From NCBI RefSeq assembly GCF_018398935.1, contig NZ_CP074694.1, positions 5,760,001 through 5,792,000 on the forward strand: a DNA stretch of 32,000 bases. The letters run 5' to 3'. Positions 1 through 8,284 of this stretch are shown here, in pieces. Origin of the DNA: Telmatocola sphagniphila. GTDB taxonomy: Bacteria; Planctomycetota; Planctomycetia; Gemmatales; Gemmataceae. How positions within the stretch are numbered: position 1 is the stretch's first letter; every line of letters starts with the position of its first letter. Under the pieces are notes generated by a model. That model worked only from the letters and a program-made list of their open reading frames with translations, did no database searches and had not been told where the DNA came from. The position numbers and the translations under genes were made by a program.

Positions 1-142
1 CTGCTTGGACAATGCGTAAGCGCTGCCAGCGTTCCCGAACTTCTGGAAGAAGTTCGGGGCAGTCACTGCAAACCTCTTCTGGAGTTGACAGCGAATCTAT
101 CAGAGCATCCATCATTTGCTCTATTCGCTGGTCTTCGAGCAT
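1..142 (-). CDS. Ser/Thr protein kinase, N-terminal fragment (gene continues beyond window start)
   Basis: Absent from the ORF track because the window edge cuts it below 60 aa. Reverse-strand ATG at 142..140 gives MLEDQRIEQMMDALIDSLSTPEEVCSDCPELLPEVRERWQRLRIVQA. This aligns position-for-position with the N-terminus of the kinase at 13376 (MVEDPRIQQMLDVLLDSRLTPEEVCSTCPELLPQVRERWRRLRLVQ). A GGGAGATT-TAA-ATG ribosome-binding context is conserved in both copies. Confidence 0.65.
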   Translation of the reverse strand, partial: MLEDQRIEQMMDALIDSLSTPEEVCSDCPELLPEVRERWQRLRIVQA

Positions 143-213
143 TTAGAATCTCCCAGTAGACGATTGAGCTCATGACCCCCGACATCCACCGGATACCACG
201 CCAATTCAGGAAG

Positions 214-831
214 CTACGTTTGAGCCTGAATATGGCTTTTCGGGCGAAGGTCACCCAGCGCCTCGGTAAGTAAATGCAAGCTGCGATTTAACCGGCGATT
301 TACCGTCATAGCCGAAACGCCCAAGATCTCCGCGGCTTCCACTTGACTCATTCCCTGAATTTTCACCAAATCGAAAGCTTCCCGTTCATCCTCGGGCAGG
401 TTTTCGATCGCCTTGAGCATCTGTCGGCAATCAGCGGAAAGACCAGAATCGCTATTTGCCAGGGCAGGTAAATTAGCATCCTGAAGTTCCACGGCAGCGG
501 GTTGAATATCTAAGCGTCGAGCCAAATCATTCAGTTCCCAACGCATATGCTGACCGGCTAAAGCGAAAAACAGCCGTACGTTTGAAGGGCGAGATTCCCG
601 CATTGCTTTAAGCAGACGCTCGACCACGGCGCTGAGCAATTCATCCGGTTGGAGATTAAGCGGTGGCCGAGTTAAACGGGGATAACTTCGATAAAGCAGC
701 GATGAGCAGAGTTGATGTAGACGCCGTACTGCCCGATCTAATAGCTCGCGGACAACAGGTTCTGTGGGTGCATCGCCGGCCAGTTTGTCGAGGTAGCGTT
801 GGACAGCAGCGGTAGTACGTTCCTGGTCCAT
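214..831 (-). CDS. ECF-type RNA polymerase sigma factor (kinase-associated type)
   Basis: The ORF is 214..879; the likely start is the ATG at 831 (MDQERTTAAVQRYLDKL), preceded by GGAGAC. A sigma-2-like segment (PDELLSAVVERLLKAM...FFALAGQHMRWELNDLARR) and a sigma-4 HTH (LPEDEREAFDLVKIQGMSQVEAAEILGVSAMTVNRRLNRS) are present. It lies directly upstream of a kinase gene, with no anti-sigma gene. Confidence 0.85.
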   Translation of the reverse strand: MDQERTTAAVQRYLDKLAGDAPTEPVVRELLDRAVRRLHQLCSSLLYRSYPRLTRPPLNLQPDELLSAVVERLLKAMRESRPSNVRLFFALAGQHMRWELNDLARRLDIQPAAVELQDANLPALANSDSGLSADCRQMLKAIENLPEDEREAFDLVKIQGMSQVEAAEILGVSAMTVNRRLNRSLHLLTEALGDLRPKSHIQAQT

Positions 832-1227
832 GAAATAGTCTCCAATCGGACTCCTGGAGTTTAGCTGATTGTAGTCCATGGAATTAACTAAAACATGCTT
901 GGTTTAGTTCAAAGCTTGGAAGATTCTCCACTCGATCATAATAAGTCAACAAAAAGTAGGTTATTTTTTGGACAAATGAACCCATTCAGTTTGAAATAAA
1001 TTGTGTTTCCACGAATCTTCACGATTTGGTTCGTGTCAGTATTTGGAGAAAGAAATAGGATTAGAGTTCATCCTCGACCCACCACAAATCTAGGTCCTAT
1101 TGTTCCTTTCCAGGTTTGGATATTCACCTTTTTCAAATCCAGAATCCTACTCCACACATTTTTTTTTCCGTGGCACCGCATCCTCACCGGCCGGATTTCC
1201 CCCCACGTCTTGATCGAAATTTATCGA

Positions 1228-1968
1228 TTACTTGCTTTTTGTAGAATAAGGTTGAACATCTCGAGCTTGAATTGCCGTACCCGCTTCGGCTATACCCTTC
1301 TTTACTCCCGAAATAGTTTCTTCGTAATAAGCCGGACCAGCCTCTACAACCCAATTTTGCAAAGCGTATGATTTTGCAAAACCCTGCTTTTGAAGTCTTC
1401 GCTCCGTATCGTACGCCATCAGCATCCCTCGGATTACGGCGGATTCCACGTCTCCGGTTTTCAATCGGTTGTTTCCCTGATCGCGAATCAAAGGAGCAAA
1501 TGCGACCTTCGTCGCGCCTAGCTTTGCAGCCTCTCGCAGACCCGATATGCCAATTTGCGTCATCTTCTGAAGCGATAGATTGGCCTCGTCCCCAAGACCG
1601 ATGAGAAGCAATTTTTTCGGTTTGATCGTTTCCGCAGGCGCATCGATAATTAATACTTCCAGGTCGTCTCCAGTAAATTCACCTCGATTCCGAAGTGAGC
1701 TTATCAGCCCGCCTAGTCGCTTGTCGAGTTCGACGGGTGCCCCAGTCATCTTTTTGTCCGACTCAGCCGATTTTTTGAAGTAACAAACGATCTGTAAGGG
1801 CACTTCGGCATCGTAAGGCCCCTGCATTCGAACTATAATCGACGAATCATGAGGGCCTGCCAGTTTCGTTTCGGCAGGTGCTTGAACTGGATTTTCGGCA
1901 CTTGCCGACGGAATCGCAACAACGAGCTGGAAAAACGCTAGAGCAAGCAATTTAATCGACTGGTTCAT
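1228..1968 (-). CDS. secreted protein with leucyl-aminopeptidase (M17) N-terminal-like domain
   Basis: The ORF is 1228..1980 (GTG); the ATG at 1968 gives MNQSIKLLALAFFQLVVAIPSASA, a signal peptide. The segment KKLLLIGLGDEANLSLQKMTQIGISGLREAAKLGATKVAFAP matches the pattern I remember for the Peptidase_M17 N-terminal domain. No catalytic M17 domain follows. Confidence 0.55.
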   Translation of the reverse strand: MNQSIKLLALAFFQLVVAIPSASAENPVQAPAETKLAGPHDSSIIVRMQGPYDAEVPLQIVCYFKKSAESDKKMTGAPVELDKRLGGLISSLRNRGEFTGDDLEVLIIDAPAETIKPKKLLLIGLGDEANLSLQKMTQIGISGLREAAKLGATKVAFAPLIRDQGNNRLKTGDVESAVIRGMLMAYDTERRLQKQGFAKSYALQNWVVEAGPAYYEETISGVKKGIAEAGTAIQARDVQPYSTKSK

Positions 1969-1984
1969 GGAGTATCTCACAGTG

Positions 1985-3646
1985 TTAGAATTTGTAGGTT
2001 AACCAAGTCGTGATGTAATCGACGGGTTTACCAGGTGTGCTTTGTTCAAGAAATGGGCCTGGAAATATGTGAACGTAACTTGTAAGTAATGTCAAATGGG
2101 GAGTGGGATTCCAAATGAGCGTTAAAGCGGGGCTCGAACCAATATATCTCGCACGACTCGACTGACCACTCGCCAGTAGGTTGCCGGATAACTGGTAAAT
2201 GCCATCTTCCAGGCTCTGCCGCCAGAAGAAGTTCCAGTCGGCTGAGAGGCTCAGTTTTTCGGATAATTTAAGGTCGAGTGTGGGATGAAGGTCAATAAGA
2301 TTCATGGGCCCAAAAGGGCCGGTCAAGTTAAAGTAAGCACCGGCGGGGAAAAGTGGATTGAAAGTCTGTAGATTGCGAGTGAGAGCATTTCGATCGCCAC
2401 TTGCGATATCGAATCGAACACCGGGAGTAGGCTCCAATGGTAGCTCTTCCAGTTTATAACGAATAGCGTTCGCCGCCGTCCAGGCACTAATTTGTCCTCC
2501 ATCGAAGGAGCCAAATTGGTAAACGTATTCCAGGTTGTACTCTATGGGTTCTGGTCTCGCCCAAATTCGTGTACCGAATGAATGCCTCAGTTCATAACCT
2601 TTCCCTTCATCGTATGTTGCCGTCCTGTTTTCATAACCGAGATAATAAACGTCGAAGTTAATCTTGGAATCATACCCTGTAGGCCGAACACCATAAATAC
2701 CCCAGAACGAAATTTGTGGATTGGGCTCATCGTCAAAGGTCTGCGCGTTGTTCAATACCGGTTTTCCCCACCATCCATCGACGGACCAATCACCAATTTT
2801 TGCTAAAAATCGGGCCGCGTCGAACGAGAGCCTGAGATTCGGTCCCTCTCTTACATCAATGAGTCGACCAGAGCCATATTCGAATTCCTGTCGACCGATC
2901 CTCCAAGTGATCGAATCGTCATTGATCAGATTCCATTTCCAGTCAAAAAACGCTTGATGCAAATCGAATTGATTTCGGTCTATATCCGGTCGCGGACCAC
3001 CGATTCGACCGTCCTCGAATCCACTGATCGACTGGACGAAAATGCGGAAATTCGGCTCGATATGCAAATCTCCGTAGAGCATATACCTCTGCAAGAAATA
3101 CGTGTTGTTCCCTCGCGCGTTTGATGGAGCAAGCCCATACGAACCGTTGTGGTATGTTTCGAACCACTCTCGAATATCTCCTCCTATGGTCAAATAGTAT
3201 TCTTCGCGATCGAAGAGCGGAATATATTTCAAAGGGTCCCAGTAGTCCGTTCGCTTTTGAGGCTCTTTGAGATAGCTCCAATCTTCGCTGTACCTAAGAA
3301 GCTTGTAGGTCGGTGCTCCTTCCGTTCCCGCTGGAACCGAGCCAGATATTGCTTGCTGACCCGGACCGAAGCGCGTATCCAATCTTTTATCAGTTACTTT
3401 ATCTTGAGGGTCGGTGGTCGAAGATTTATCAGAACTTAAAGAGGATTCTCGATTTGTAACAACCGGCGATGATTCTGGAGTTTGAGCTACCGTATTTGAA
3501 CTCGAAATAACTAAGGCGAGCGCGAAAGAGAGAAGCAAGTTTCGTTGAAAAGCATCCAATGGTCTTACCAGTCGGCGCGCTTGCACTTCATCAGTTGCAG
3601 GCTGCGCCAAGCCGTATGCAAATCGATATTTTTTTATATTTTTCAT
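1985..3646 (-). CDS. alginate-export family outer-membrane beta-barrel protein
   Basis: The ORF is 1985..3718; the ATG at 3646 (MKNIKKY...) avoids overlap with the upstream gene. An N-terminal signal-like region (LLLSFALALVISSSNTVAQ) is present. The motif YKLLRYSEDWSYLKEPQKRTDYWDPLKYIPL...YYLTIGGDIREWFE is typical of Alginate_exp-family porins. The C-terminus ends in an aromatic residue (TWLTYKF), typical of OM barrels. Confidence 0.7.
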   Translation of the reverse strand: MKNIKKYRFAYGLAQPATDEVQARRLVRPLDAFQRNLLLSFALALVISSSNTVAQTPESSPVVTNRESSLSSDKSSTTDPQDKVTDKRLDTRFGPGQQAISGSVPAGTEGAPTYKLLRYSEDWSYLKEPQKRTDYWDPLKYIPLFDREEYYLTIGGDIREWFETYHNGSYGLAPSNARGNNTYFLQRYMLYGDLHIEPNFRIFVQSISGFEDGRIGGPRPDIDRNQFDLHQAFFDWKWNLINDDSITWRIGRQEFEYGSGRLIDVREGPNLRLSFDAARFLAKIGDWSVDGWWGKPVLNNAQTFDDEPNPQISFWGIYGVRPTGYDSKINFDVYYLGYENRTATYDEGKGYELRHSFGTRIWARPEPIEYNLEYVYQFGSFDGGQISAWTAANAIRYKLEELPLEPTPGVRFDIASGDRNALTRNLQTFNPLFPAGAYFNLTGPFGPMNLIDLHPTLDLKLSEKLSLSADWNFFWRQSLEDGIYQLSGNLLASGQSSRARYIGSSPALTLIWNPTPHLTLLTSYVHIFPGPFLEQSTPGKPVDYITTWLTYKF

Positions 3647-3674
3647 ACGTTCCACTTGTTTGAGGCCAATAGAC

Positions 3675-5519
3675 TCAAAAAGCCCAGCAAGCACAACCTC
3701 TGCCCCAAAACGGATCATCTTTCTCGATCGTAAACGGACCTAACAAACGAGGGAACAGACCTTGTAAGCCCGTCCCATGTGAACACCATCGAGGATGGTG
3801 AATTTGCTCATCTATCCAGCCCGCTTTGCTATATTTGCCCCGATAGACGCTTACTGGGGACCAATCTGGGGTAACTGGCAATATTGGGGGAGCATAGGCT
3901 GAGTAGGATTCACTTGCATAAACCACCTTCCCTCCCACCACTGTCAGTATCGACTCAATATCTTTAATTTCTTCAGCGGGTACACTAAAGTAGTCGGCGG
4001 AAAGTACCGCTAAATCGCCAAGTTGACCTTCTGCCAGTGCACCTTTGTGAGTTTCCTCCGAGGACATCCAAGCAGAACCTTGAGTGTAAAGTCGCAAGGC
4101 CATCGCTCGATCAAGCCTGTTAGTTTCGGTGTAGAGAGGAAATCCACCTACAGTTTGGCCCGTCACCATCCACGATAGGGCTATCCAAGGGTTGTAACTT
4201 GCTACTCTGGTAGCATCCGTCCCCGCTCCCACGGGGATCCCCATGTCAAGCATCTTGGCGATAGGCGGTGTCTGCTCGGCCGCCTTGGCTCCATACCGGT
4301 CGACGAAATATTCTCCCTGGAATGCCATCCGATGCTGCACAGCGATGCCGCCACTCAAAGCTTTAATCCGCTCCAGATTTCGCTCAGTTACAGTCTCGGC
4401 ATGATCGAAAAACCAGCGTAAGCCCTGGAAAGGGACCTCTCGGTTTACAGCTTCGAAAACATCGAGAAATCGGGAAATTGACTCGTCATAGGTGGCATGC
4501 AACCGAAACGGCCAGCGATGTTCGGCAAGAAGTTTTACCACTCGATGGAGTTCACCTTCCATCCCCGGTGACAGATCGGGTCGAGGCTCCAGAAAATCTT
4601 CAAAATCGGCCGCGGAAAAAACCAGCATCTCGCCCGCGCCATTCATTCGGTAGAAGTCGCTCCCGGCACCCGGCCTGGTCGTATCCACCCACTTCGAAAA
4701 ATCTTCCAACTCGCCTTTAGGTATTTGTGTGAAGAGGTTGTAAGCCACGCGAACGGTCATTTCACCTCGACGATGGAGGTCTTCAATGATCGCATAATCC
4801 TCGGGATAGTTTTGAAAGCCGCCTCCGGCATCAATGGCACTCGTCACACCAAGACGGTTCAATTCGCGCATGAAATGTCGAGTCGAGTTGAGTTGATACT
4901 CCGGCGGTAGCTTCGGGCCTTTTGCAAGAGTCGAATAGAGAATCATGGCATTTGGGCGAGCTATGAGGATTCCGGTTGGATTACCACGTTTATCCCGCTG
5001 TATTTCCCCGCCTGGTGGATTGGGAGTATCCTTGGTAAATCCGCAAACACGCAACGCGGCTGCGTTTAAAATCGCCCGATCGTAGAGGTGGAGAATGAAA
5101 ACCGGCGTGTCAGGGGCGGCCGCGTTTACCTCTTCCAACGTTGGCATCCGCCGTTCCGCAAACTGAAACTCACTCCAGCCTCCTACTACGCGCACCCATT
5201 GGGGAGGCGGTGTCCGCTTCGCCTGTTCTTTAAGTAACGCGAGTGCGTCGGCGAGAGAAGGAACCCCGTCCCAACGAAGTTCGAGATTGTAGTTCAGCCC
5301 ACCACGGATGAGGTGGAGGTGAGAATCGTTCAATCCGGGAATCGCCCTCCTCTTGTCCAGATCAATAACTGTCGAGCTGGGTCCACGAAGCTTGAGTATC
5401 TCGGCATCGTTACCGATTGCGAGAACCCGCCCATTTTCGAAAGCGATGGCTTCCACTTCCAACGAACTGTCGTTTGTGGTTATCTTGCCGTTATGAAGGA
5501 TCAGGTTTGGTGTAGCCAT
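3675..5519 (-). CDS. amidohydrolase family protein (Amidohydro_3 / YtcJ-like metal-dependent hydrolase)
   Basis: 614-aa ORF with AAGGAA 6 nt upstream of the ATG. It has the HxH metal motif GLNDSHLHLIRGG. The overall N-terminal pattern (ILHNGKITT...AIAFENGRVLAIG) is typical of the family. Confidence 0.85.
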   Translation of the reverse strand: MATPNLILHNGKITTNDSSLEVEAIAFENGRVLAIGNDAEILKLRGPSSTVIDLDKRRAIPGLNDSHLHLIRGGLNYNLELRWDGVPSLADALALLKEQAKRTPPPQWVRVVGGWSEFQFAERRMPTLEEVNAAAPDTPVFILHLYDRAILNAAALRVCGFTKDTPNPPGGEIQRDKRGNPTGILIARPNAMILYSTLAKGPKLPPEYQLNSTRHFMRELNRLGVTSAIDAGGGFQNYPEDYAIIEDLHRRGEMTVRVAYNLFTQIPKGELEDFSKWVDTTRPGAGSDFYRMNGAGEMLVFSAADFEDFLEPRPDLSPGMEGELHRVVKLLAEHRWPFRLHATYDESISRFLDVFEAVNREVPFQGLRWFFDHAETVTERNLERIKALSGGIAVQHRMAFQGEYFVDRYGAKAAEQTPPIAKMLDMGIPVGAGTDATRVASYNPWIALSWMVTGQTVGGFPLYTETNRLDRAMALRLYTQGSAWMSSEETHKGALAEGQLGDLAVLSADYFSVPAEEIKDIESILTVVGGKVVYASESYSAYAPPILPVTPDWSPVSVYRGKYSKAGWIDEQIHHPRWCSHGTGLQGLFPRLLGPFTIEKDDPFWGRGCACWAF

Positions 5520-5543
5520 CGTTATTCCTTTGCGCGATTGCAG

Positions 5544-5786
5544 CTAATCTTTACGGGGTTTATTTGTTTCAGATGTTGAACCGGGTGCCCACCAACGTTC
5601 AGCGAGCCAAACTAAGGCGGGCATAACCATCCAGGTTAACCCGGCGACCATAGCCGTATTAAACACAAGCAATATTGCGAACCAGGACCAGTCCGAAATT
5701 AGCGGAGTCAACGTGAAGGTCAGCGCGAATGCCGTGATGTTCACACCGATCCAGGTCAATAAAGCCTCCTTCAATCGAGGCTTCAT
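5544..5786 (-). CDS. small two-TM membrane protein
   Basis: This is the internal ATG at 5786 of ORF 5544..5954. It overlaps the stop of the upstream isochorismatase gene as ATGA (5783-5786), suggesting translational coupling. The product MKPRLKEALLTWIGVNITAFALTFTLTPLISDWSWFAILLVFNTAMVAGLTWMVMPALVWLAERW has two hydrophobic helices. Confidence 0.5.
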   Translation of the reverse strand: MKPRLKEALLTWIGVNITAFALTFTLTPLISDWSWFAILLVFNTAMVAGLTWMVMPALVWLAERWWAPGSTSETNKPRKD

Positions 5787-6487
5787 TTGTGCGACACCGC
5801 TGTAGGCACCACATACTCGGGGTATCTGGTTGGCGAGGCGCCGTGAACCATCGTGTAGGCATATTCGACACCGATGCCGTAGGCACCGAAGTGAGTTTTC
5901 ACGATGTCCATCACGGCGTCGTACGTGCCTTTGTGGGCCCAGTCCCGTTGCCACTCGAGCATGACCGAAAGAGCAGTAACCGGCTTCGCACCGGCCTGAA
6001 CGACTCGTTTCATGGCGTTATCGTGCGATAGTTGGTTGACATCCCCGCAACAATCCTCAACGACGAAAACCTCGTATCCATCGGAAATGGCCTGGACGGT
6101 CGGTAAAGCAACGCAGGTTTCCGTCCAAAGGCCCGTCAGGACAATCTTTTTCCGGCCGTGCTTTTTGACTTCGGCGACAAAGTTCTGGTCGTCCCAGGAA
6201 TTCATAGAAGTGCGTTCAATTGGTATTTGCGTTGGAAATATTGCCTGAATTTGAGGCCAGATATTACCGCTGAACGCCTTGGTTTCGACCGTCGAGAGTA
6301 TCACCGGAAGGCCAAATACCTTTGCAGCCTTGGCGAGGGCAACATTATTATTGATGATCGACTGACGATCGAAATTTGACACGCCAAACAGCATTTGCGG
6401 TTGCAAATCTATGAGCGCAAGAACGCAATTCTCTGGCGTCAATAACCCCTTCTCGCTGAGCTTTGGTCGGCCTGAATCTTGAGACAT
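5783..6487 (-). CDS. isochorismatase-family hydrolase (YcaC-like)
   Basis: The ORF is 5783..6589; the likely start is the ATG at 6487 (MSQDSGRPKL), preceded by AAGGGGAA. The family pattern is present: ALIDLQ...VILSTVE...IVLTGLWTETCVALPTVQA, containing the conserved Cys. Confidence 0.85.
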   Translation of the reverse strand: MSQDSGRPKLSEKGLLTPENCVLALIDLQPQMLFGVSNFDRQSIINNNVALAKAAKVFGLPVILSTVETKAFSGNIWPQIQAIFPTQIPIERTSMNSWDDQNFVAEVKKHGRKKIVLTGLWTETCVALPTVQAISDGYEVFVVEDCCGDVNQLSHDNAMKRVVQAGAKPVTALSVMLEWQRDWAHKGTYDAVMDIVKTHFGAYGIGVEYAYTMVHGASPTRYPEYVVPTAVSHK

Positions 6488-6852
6488 GACATTCCCCTTT
6501 TTTTGCGAAAGCGAAAGATTAATATTGAGATCGTTACATCGATACCCGTTTATCGTTGTGCTGGGAGGGAACGAAGTAAAGTTCCTCATTCAGTCGTTCT
6601 CTCTGCCTCTCACCTAATCTGAGCGTAAAGGGTTAACATCCGAGAGAGTGTTCCAAAATTATGGGAATCTCTGGAGAAGTACGGAGCGGGAAAATAGCGG
6701 ATTAAACGCTGAGCGGACTATTTTCAATGTGATCAGTTTGGATCGAGAGTTACATTCTACGAATGAAGTGCAATTGTTTGAAATTTCATGCGGACTTATA
6801 TTATTACGCTTTAAGCTCAACATTATAACGCTGGTGTTCGTTACTTCTGGAA

Positions 6853-6860
6853 GTTTACTT
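6853..6860. repeat. target-site duplication (left copy) GTTTACTT
   Basis: Identical 8-mers immediately flank the ISL3 inverted repeats, at 6853-6860 and 8285-8292. Confidence 0.85.
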
Positions 6861-6878
6861 GGCTCTTCCGTTTTTAGG
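6861..6878. repeat. ISL3 left terminal inverted repeat
   Basis: GGCTCTTCCGTTTTTAGG; the reverse complement of 8267-8284 is GGCTCTTCCGTTTCTAGG. Confidence 0.9.
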
Positions 6879-6943
6879 CGCAACTCTCGGCGAATCGGTC
6901 ATTTTGGGATAGATTGCAATTGAGAGTACCCTTTTCCTGGTTC

Positions 6944-6954
6944 ACGGAAGAGCC
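6944..6954. repeat. internal copy of the IS terminal 11-mer ACGGAAGAGCC, 1 nt upstream of the transposase ATG
   Basis: It is exactly complementary to IRL positions 6861-6871 and identical to the IRR tip at 8274-8284. It contains the GGAAGAG Shine-Dalgarno-like sequence for the ATG at 6956. Confidence 0.8.
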
Positions 6955-6955
6955 G

Positions 6956-7762
6956 ATGACGACGACTACCATTGCCATAGATATGGACGTCCCTGCCGGA
7001 GTGAGCGTTGGCGAATACGAACGCATCGACGGGGGTCACGCCTTTCACGTGAGTTGGCAGTTTCCCGACAATCTTTGTTGCGAGACTTGCCAGCGAGAGT
7101 CTCGGCTTCAATTGGTGGAGAAGAACAAGTTTCTGAGCATCCGCGATCTGGATTTGTGGGGTAAGCCGAGCTTTTTCGTGTACCAGGAGGTGTATCACCG
7201 CTGCCCGTCGTGCGGTCACCGTCAATCGCTGTTGCCGCCGTTCAAGCGTCGGGATGTGAAATATACGTTTCGCTTCGAGGAGCAGGTGCTGGTCAGTCTG
7301 ATCGGGAGCACAGCCGAAGACGTGGCGGTGCGTTTGGGGATCGCCGCGGAGACGGTGGAGCGAATCGTCAAGAACCGGATAGAGGACGCCAAGGCGAAGC
7401 AGATCGATCCCCAGCGGAAGATCGAGCGATTGGGTCTGGATGAGATCAGCCTGCGTAAGGGGCATAAGGGATATGCGACAATATTGACGGACCTGACGAA
7501 TGCGGAGCGTCCGGAGATTCTGGCTCTGTCCAAGGGTCGTGACGAAGCAGCTGGGCGAGCGTGTTTGGAGCGTTTGTCGGCCCAGCAACGGTCGGCGGTG
7601 CGTTGGCATCATACGGACATGAGCGCGGCGTATTTGAAGGCTTGCGGCGTGCATTTACCCAACAGCCAGTCGGTGATAGATCGCTTTCACGTCGCCAAGA
7701 AATTGGGTGAGGTGGCGGACGATCTGCGAAAAAAAACTATCGAGCCTACAAGCGAAGTTTGA
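6956..7762 (+). CDS. ISL3-family transposase, N-terminal part (orfA; frame ends at TGA 7760-7762)
   Basis: MTTTTIAIDMD... with the zinc-finger pattern CCETCQ...CPSCGH. Also present are LGLDEISLRKGHKGYATILTDL and VIDRFHVAKKL (the DRFH motif typical of ISL3 transposases). The reading frame breaks just after an A8 run at 7729-7736. Confidence 0.85.
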   Translation: MTTTTIAIDMDVPAGVSVGEYERIDGGHAFHVSWQFPDNLCCETCQRESRLQLVEKNKFLSIRDLDLWGKPSFFVYQEVYHRCPSCGHRQSLLPPFKRRDVKYTFRFEEQVLVSLIGSTAEDVAVRLGIAAETVERIVKNRIEDAKAKQIDPQRKIERLGLDEISLRKGHKGYATILTDLTNAERPEILALSKGRDEAAGRACLERLSAQQRSAVRWHHTDMSAAYLKACGVHLPNSQSVIDRFHVAKKLGEVADDLRKKTIEPTSEV

Positions 7763-8271
7763 GCGGGGAAGCCCGCAAGAAGCTGCGTTCTCAGATGCAC
7801 GACTTCCGGCGTCGTCCCGAGGATTTGAATCCCGAGCGGACCCAGGCCCTCGAGGATTTGTTCGAGAAGGTGCCTTCGTTGGGAACGATCTACCATCTGC
7901 GTTGGGAGGCGACCAAGATCTTCGATAGTGCCCCGAACCGAGCCGAAGCCTCGCGACTGTTGGAAGATTGGATCGTCCAGGCCCGCGAGACCGAGATGGA
8001 TTGGGAGCCGTTCATCACGATGCTCAAGAATAACTGGGAGGGGATCTTAGCCTACTTCGAGGAACGCAAAAGCAGCGGCCCGGTGGAAGGTCTGAATACC
8101 AAGATTCGGGTAGTGCTACGTCGGAGTTATGGAATTCAGAGTCTAACTACGCTCTGGACGAGAATACTCCTGGACGTGAATTGGGCTGCGAAAAAATTAG
8201 GGCCGACCGTTGCGGAGATTCGCGGCTTCGTCAACCAGATACAGAAGCATTTCTCTGGATGCTACACCTAG
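7711..8271 (+). CDS. ISL3-family transposase, C-terminal part (-1 frame; open from 7711, track ORF 7759..8271)
   Basis: ...NYRAYKRSLSGEARKKLRSQMHDFRRRPEDL...SSGPVEGLNTKIRVVLRRSYGIQSL is the typical ISL3 C-terminal motif (EGxNxKIK..KR..YG). The combined length with orfA is about 430 aa, normal for the family. The stop TAG (8269-8271) lies inside IRR. Confidence 0.85.
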   Translation, partial: GGGRSAKKNYRAYKRSLSGEARKKLRSQMHDFRRRPEDLNPERTQALEDLFEKVPSLGTIYHLRWEATKIFDSAPNRAEASRLLEDWIVQARETEMDWEPFITMLKNNWEGILAYFEERKSSGPVEGLNTKIRVVLRRSYGIQSLTTLWTRILLDVNWAAKKLGPTVAEIRGFVNQIQKHFSGCYT

Positions 8272-8284
8272 AAACGGAAGAGCC
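8267..8284. repeat. ISL3 right terminal inverted repeat
   Basis: CCTAGAAACGGAAGAGCC, the reverse complement of IRL with one mismatch. Confidence 0.9.

Larger units (their letters stand above)
6861..8284 (+). mobile_element. ISL3-family insertion sequence (1424 bp)
   Basis: Terminal inverted repeats are GGCTCTTCCGTTTTTAGG (6861-6878) and CCTAGAAACGGAAGAGCC (8267-8284), matching 17/18 as reverse complements. It has a perfect 8-bp direct repeat of the target. The internal transposase has a zf-ISL3-like CxxC...CxxC and DDE_Tnp_ISL3 motifs. Confidence 0.9.

Noticed and set aside
1161-1210. T9 run followed by CGTGG...CCGGCCGG...CCACG-type palindromic sequence, considered as a terminator for 1228..1968
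   Set aside because: On the minus-strand transcript the hairpin would be followed by A9, not U9. On the plus strand the T-run precedes the hairpin. It therefore fits neither orientation of an intrinsic terminator.
1003-1371. 122-aa plus-strand ORF in the AT-rich spacer upstream of the first sigma gene
   Set aside because: It has a Phe/Ile/Arg-rich composition typical of AT-rich non-coding DNA, and its 3' end is antisense to the M17-N-like gene.
5544-5954. Full 136-aa version of the ORF (and 5659..5886) overlapping the isochorismatase 3' end
   Set aside because: The N-terminal 56 codons overlap the well-supported isochorismatase frame and are Arg/His/Cys-rich. Only the part from ATG 5786 is plausible.
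6899-7654. 251-aa minus-strand ORF inside the ISL3 element (also 7222..7533 and 7687..7896)
   Set aside because: It is antisense to the transposase, has an Arg/Leu/Gln-rich composition with no family resemblance, and begins inside the IS.
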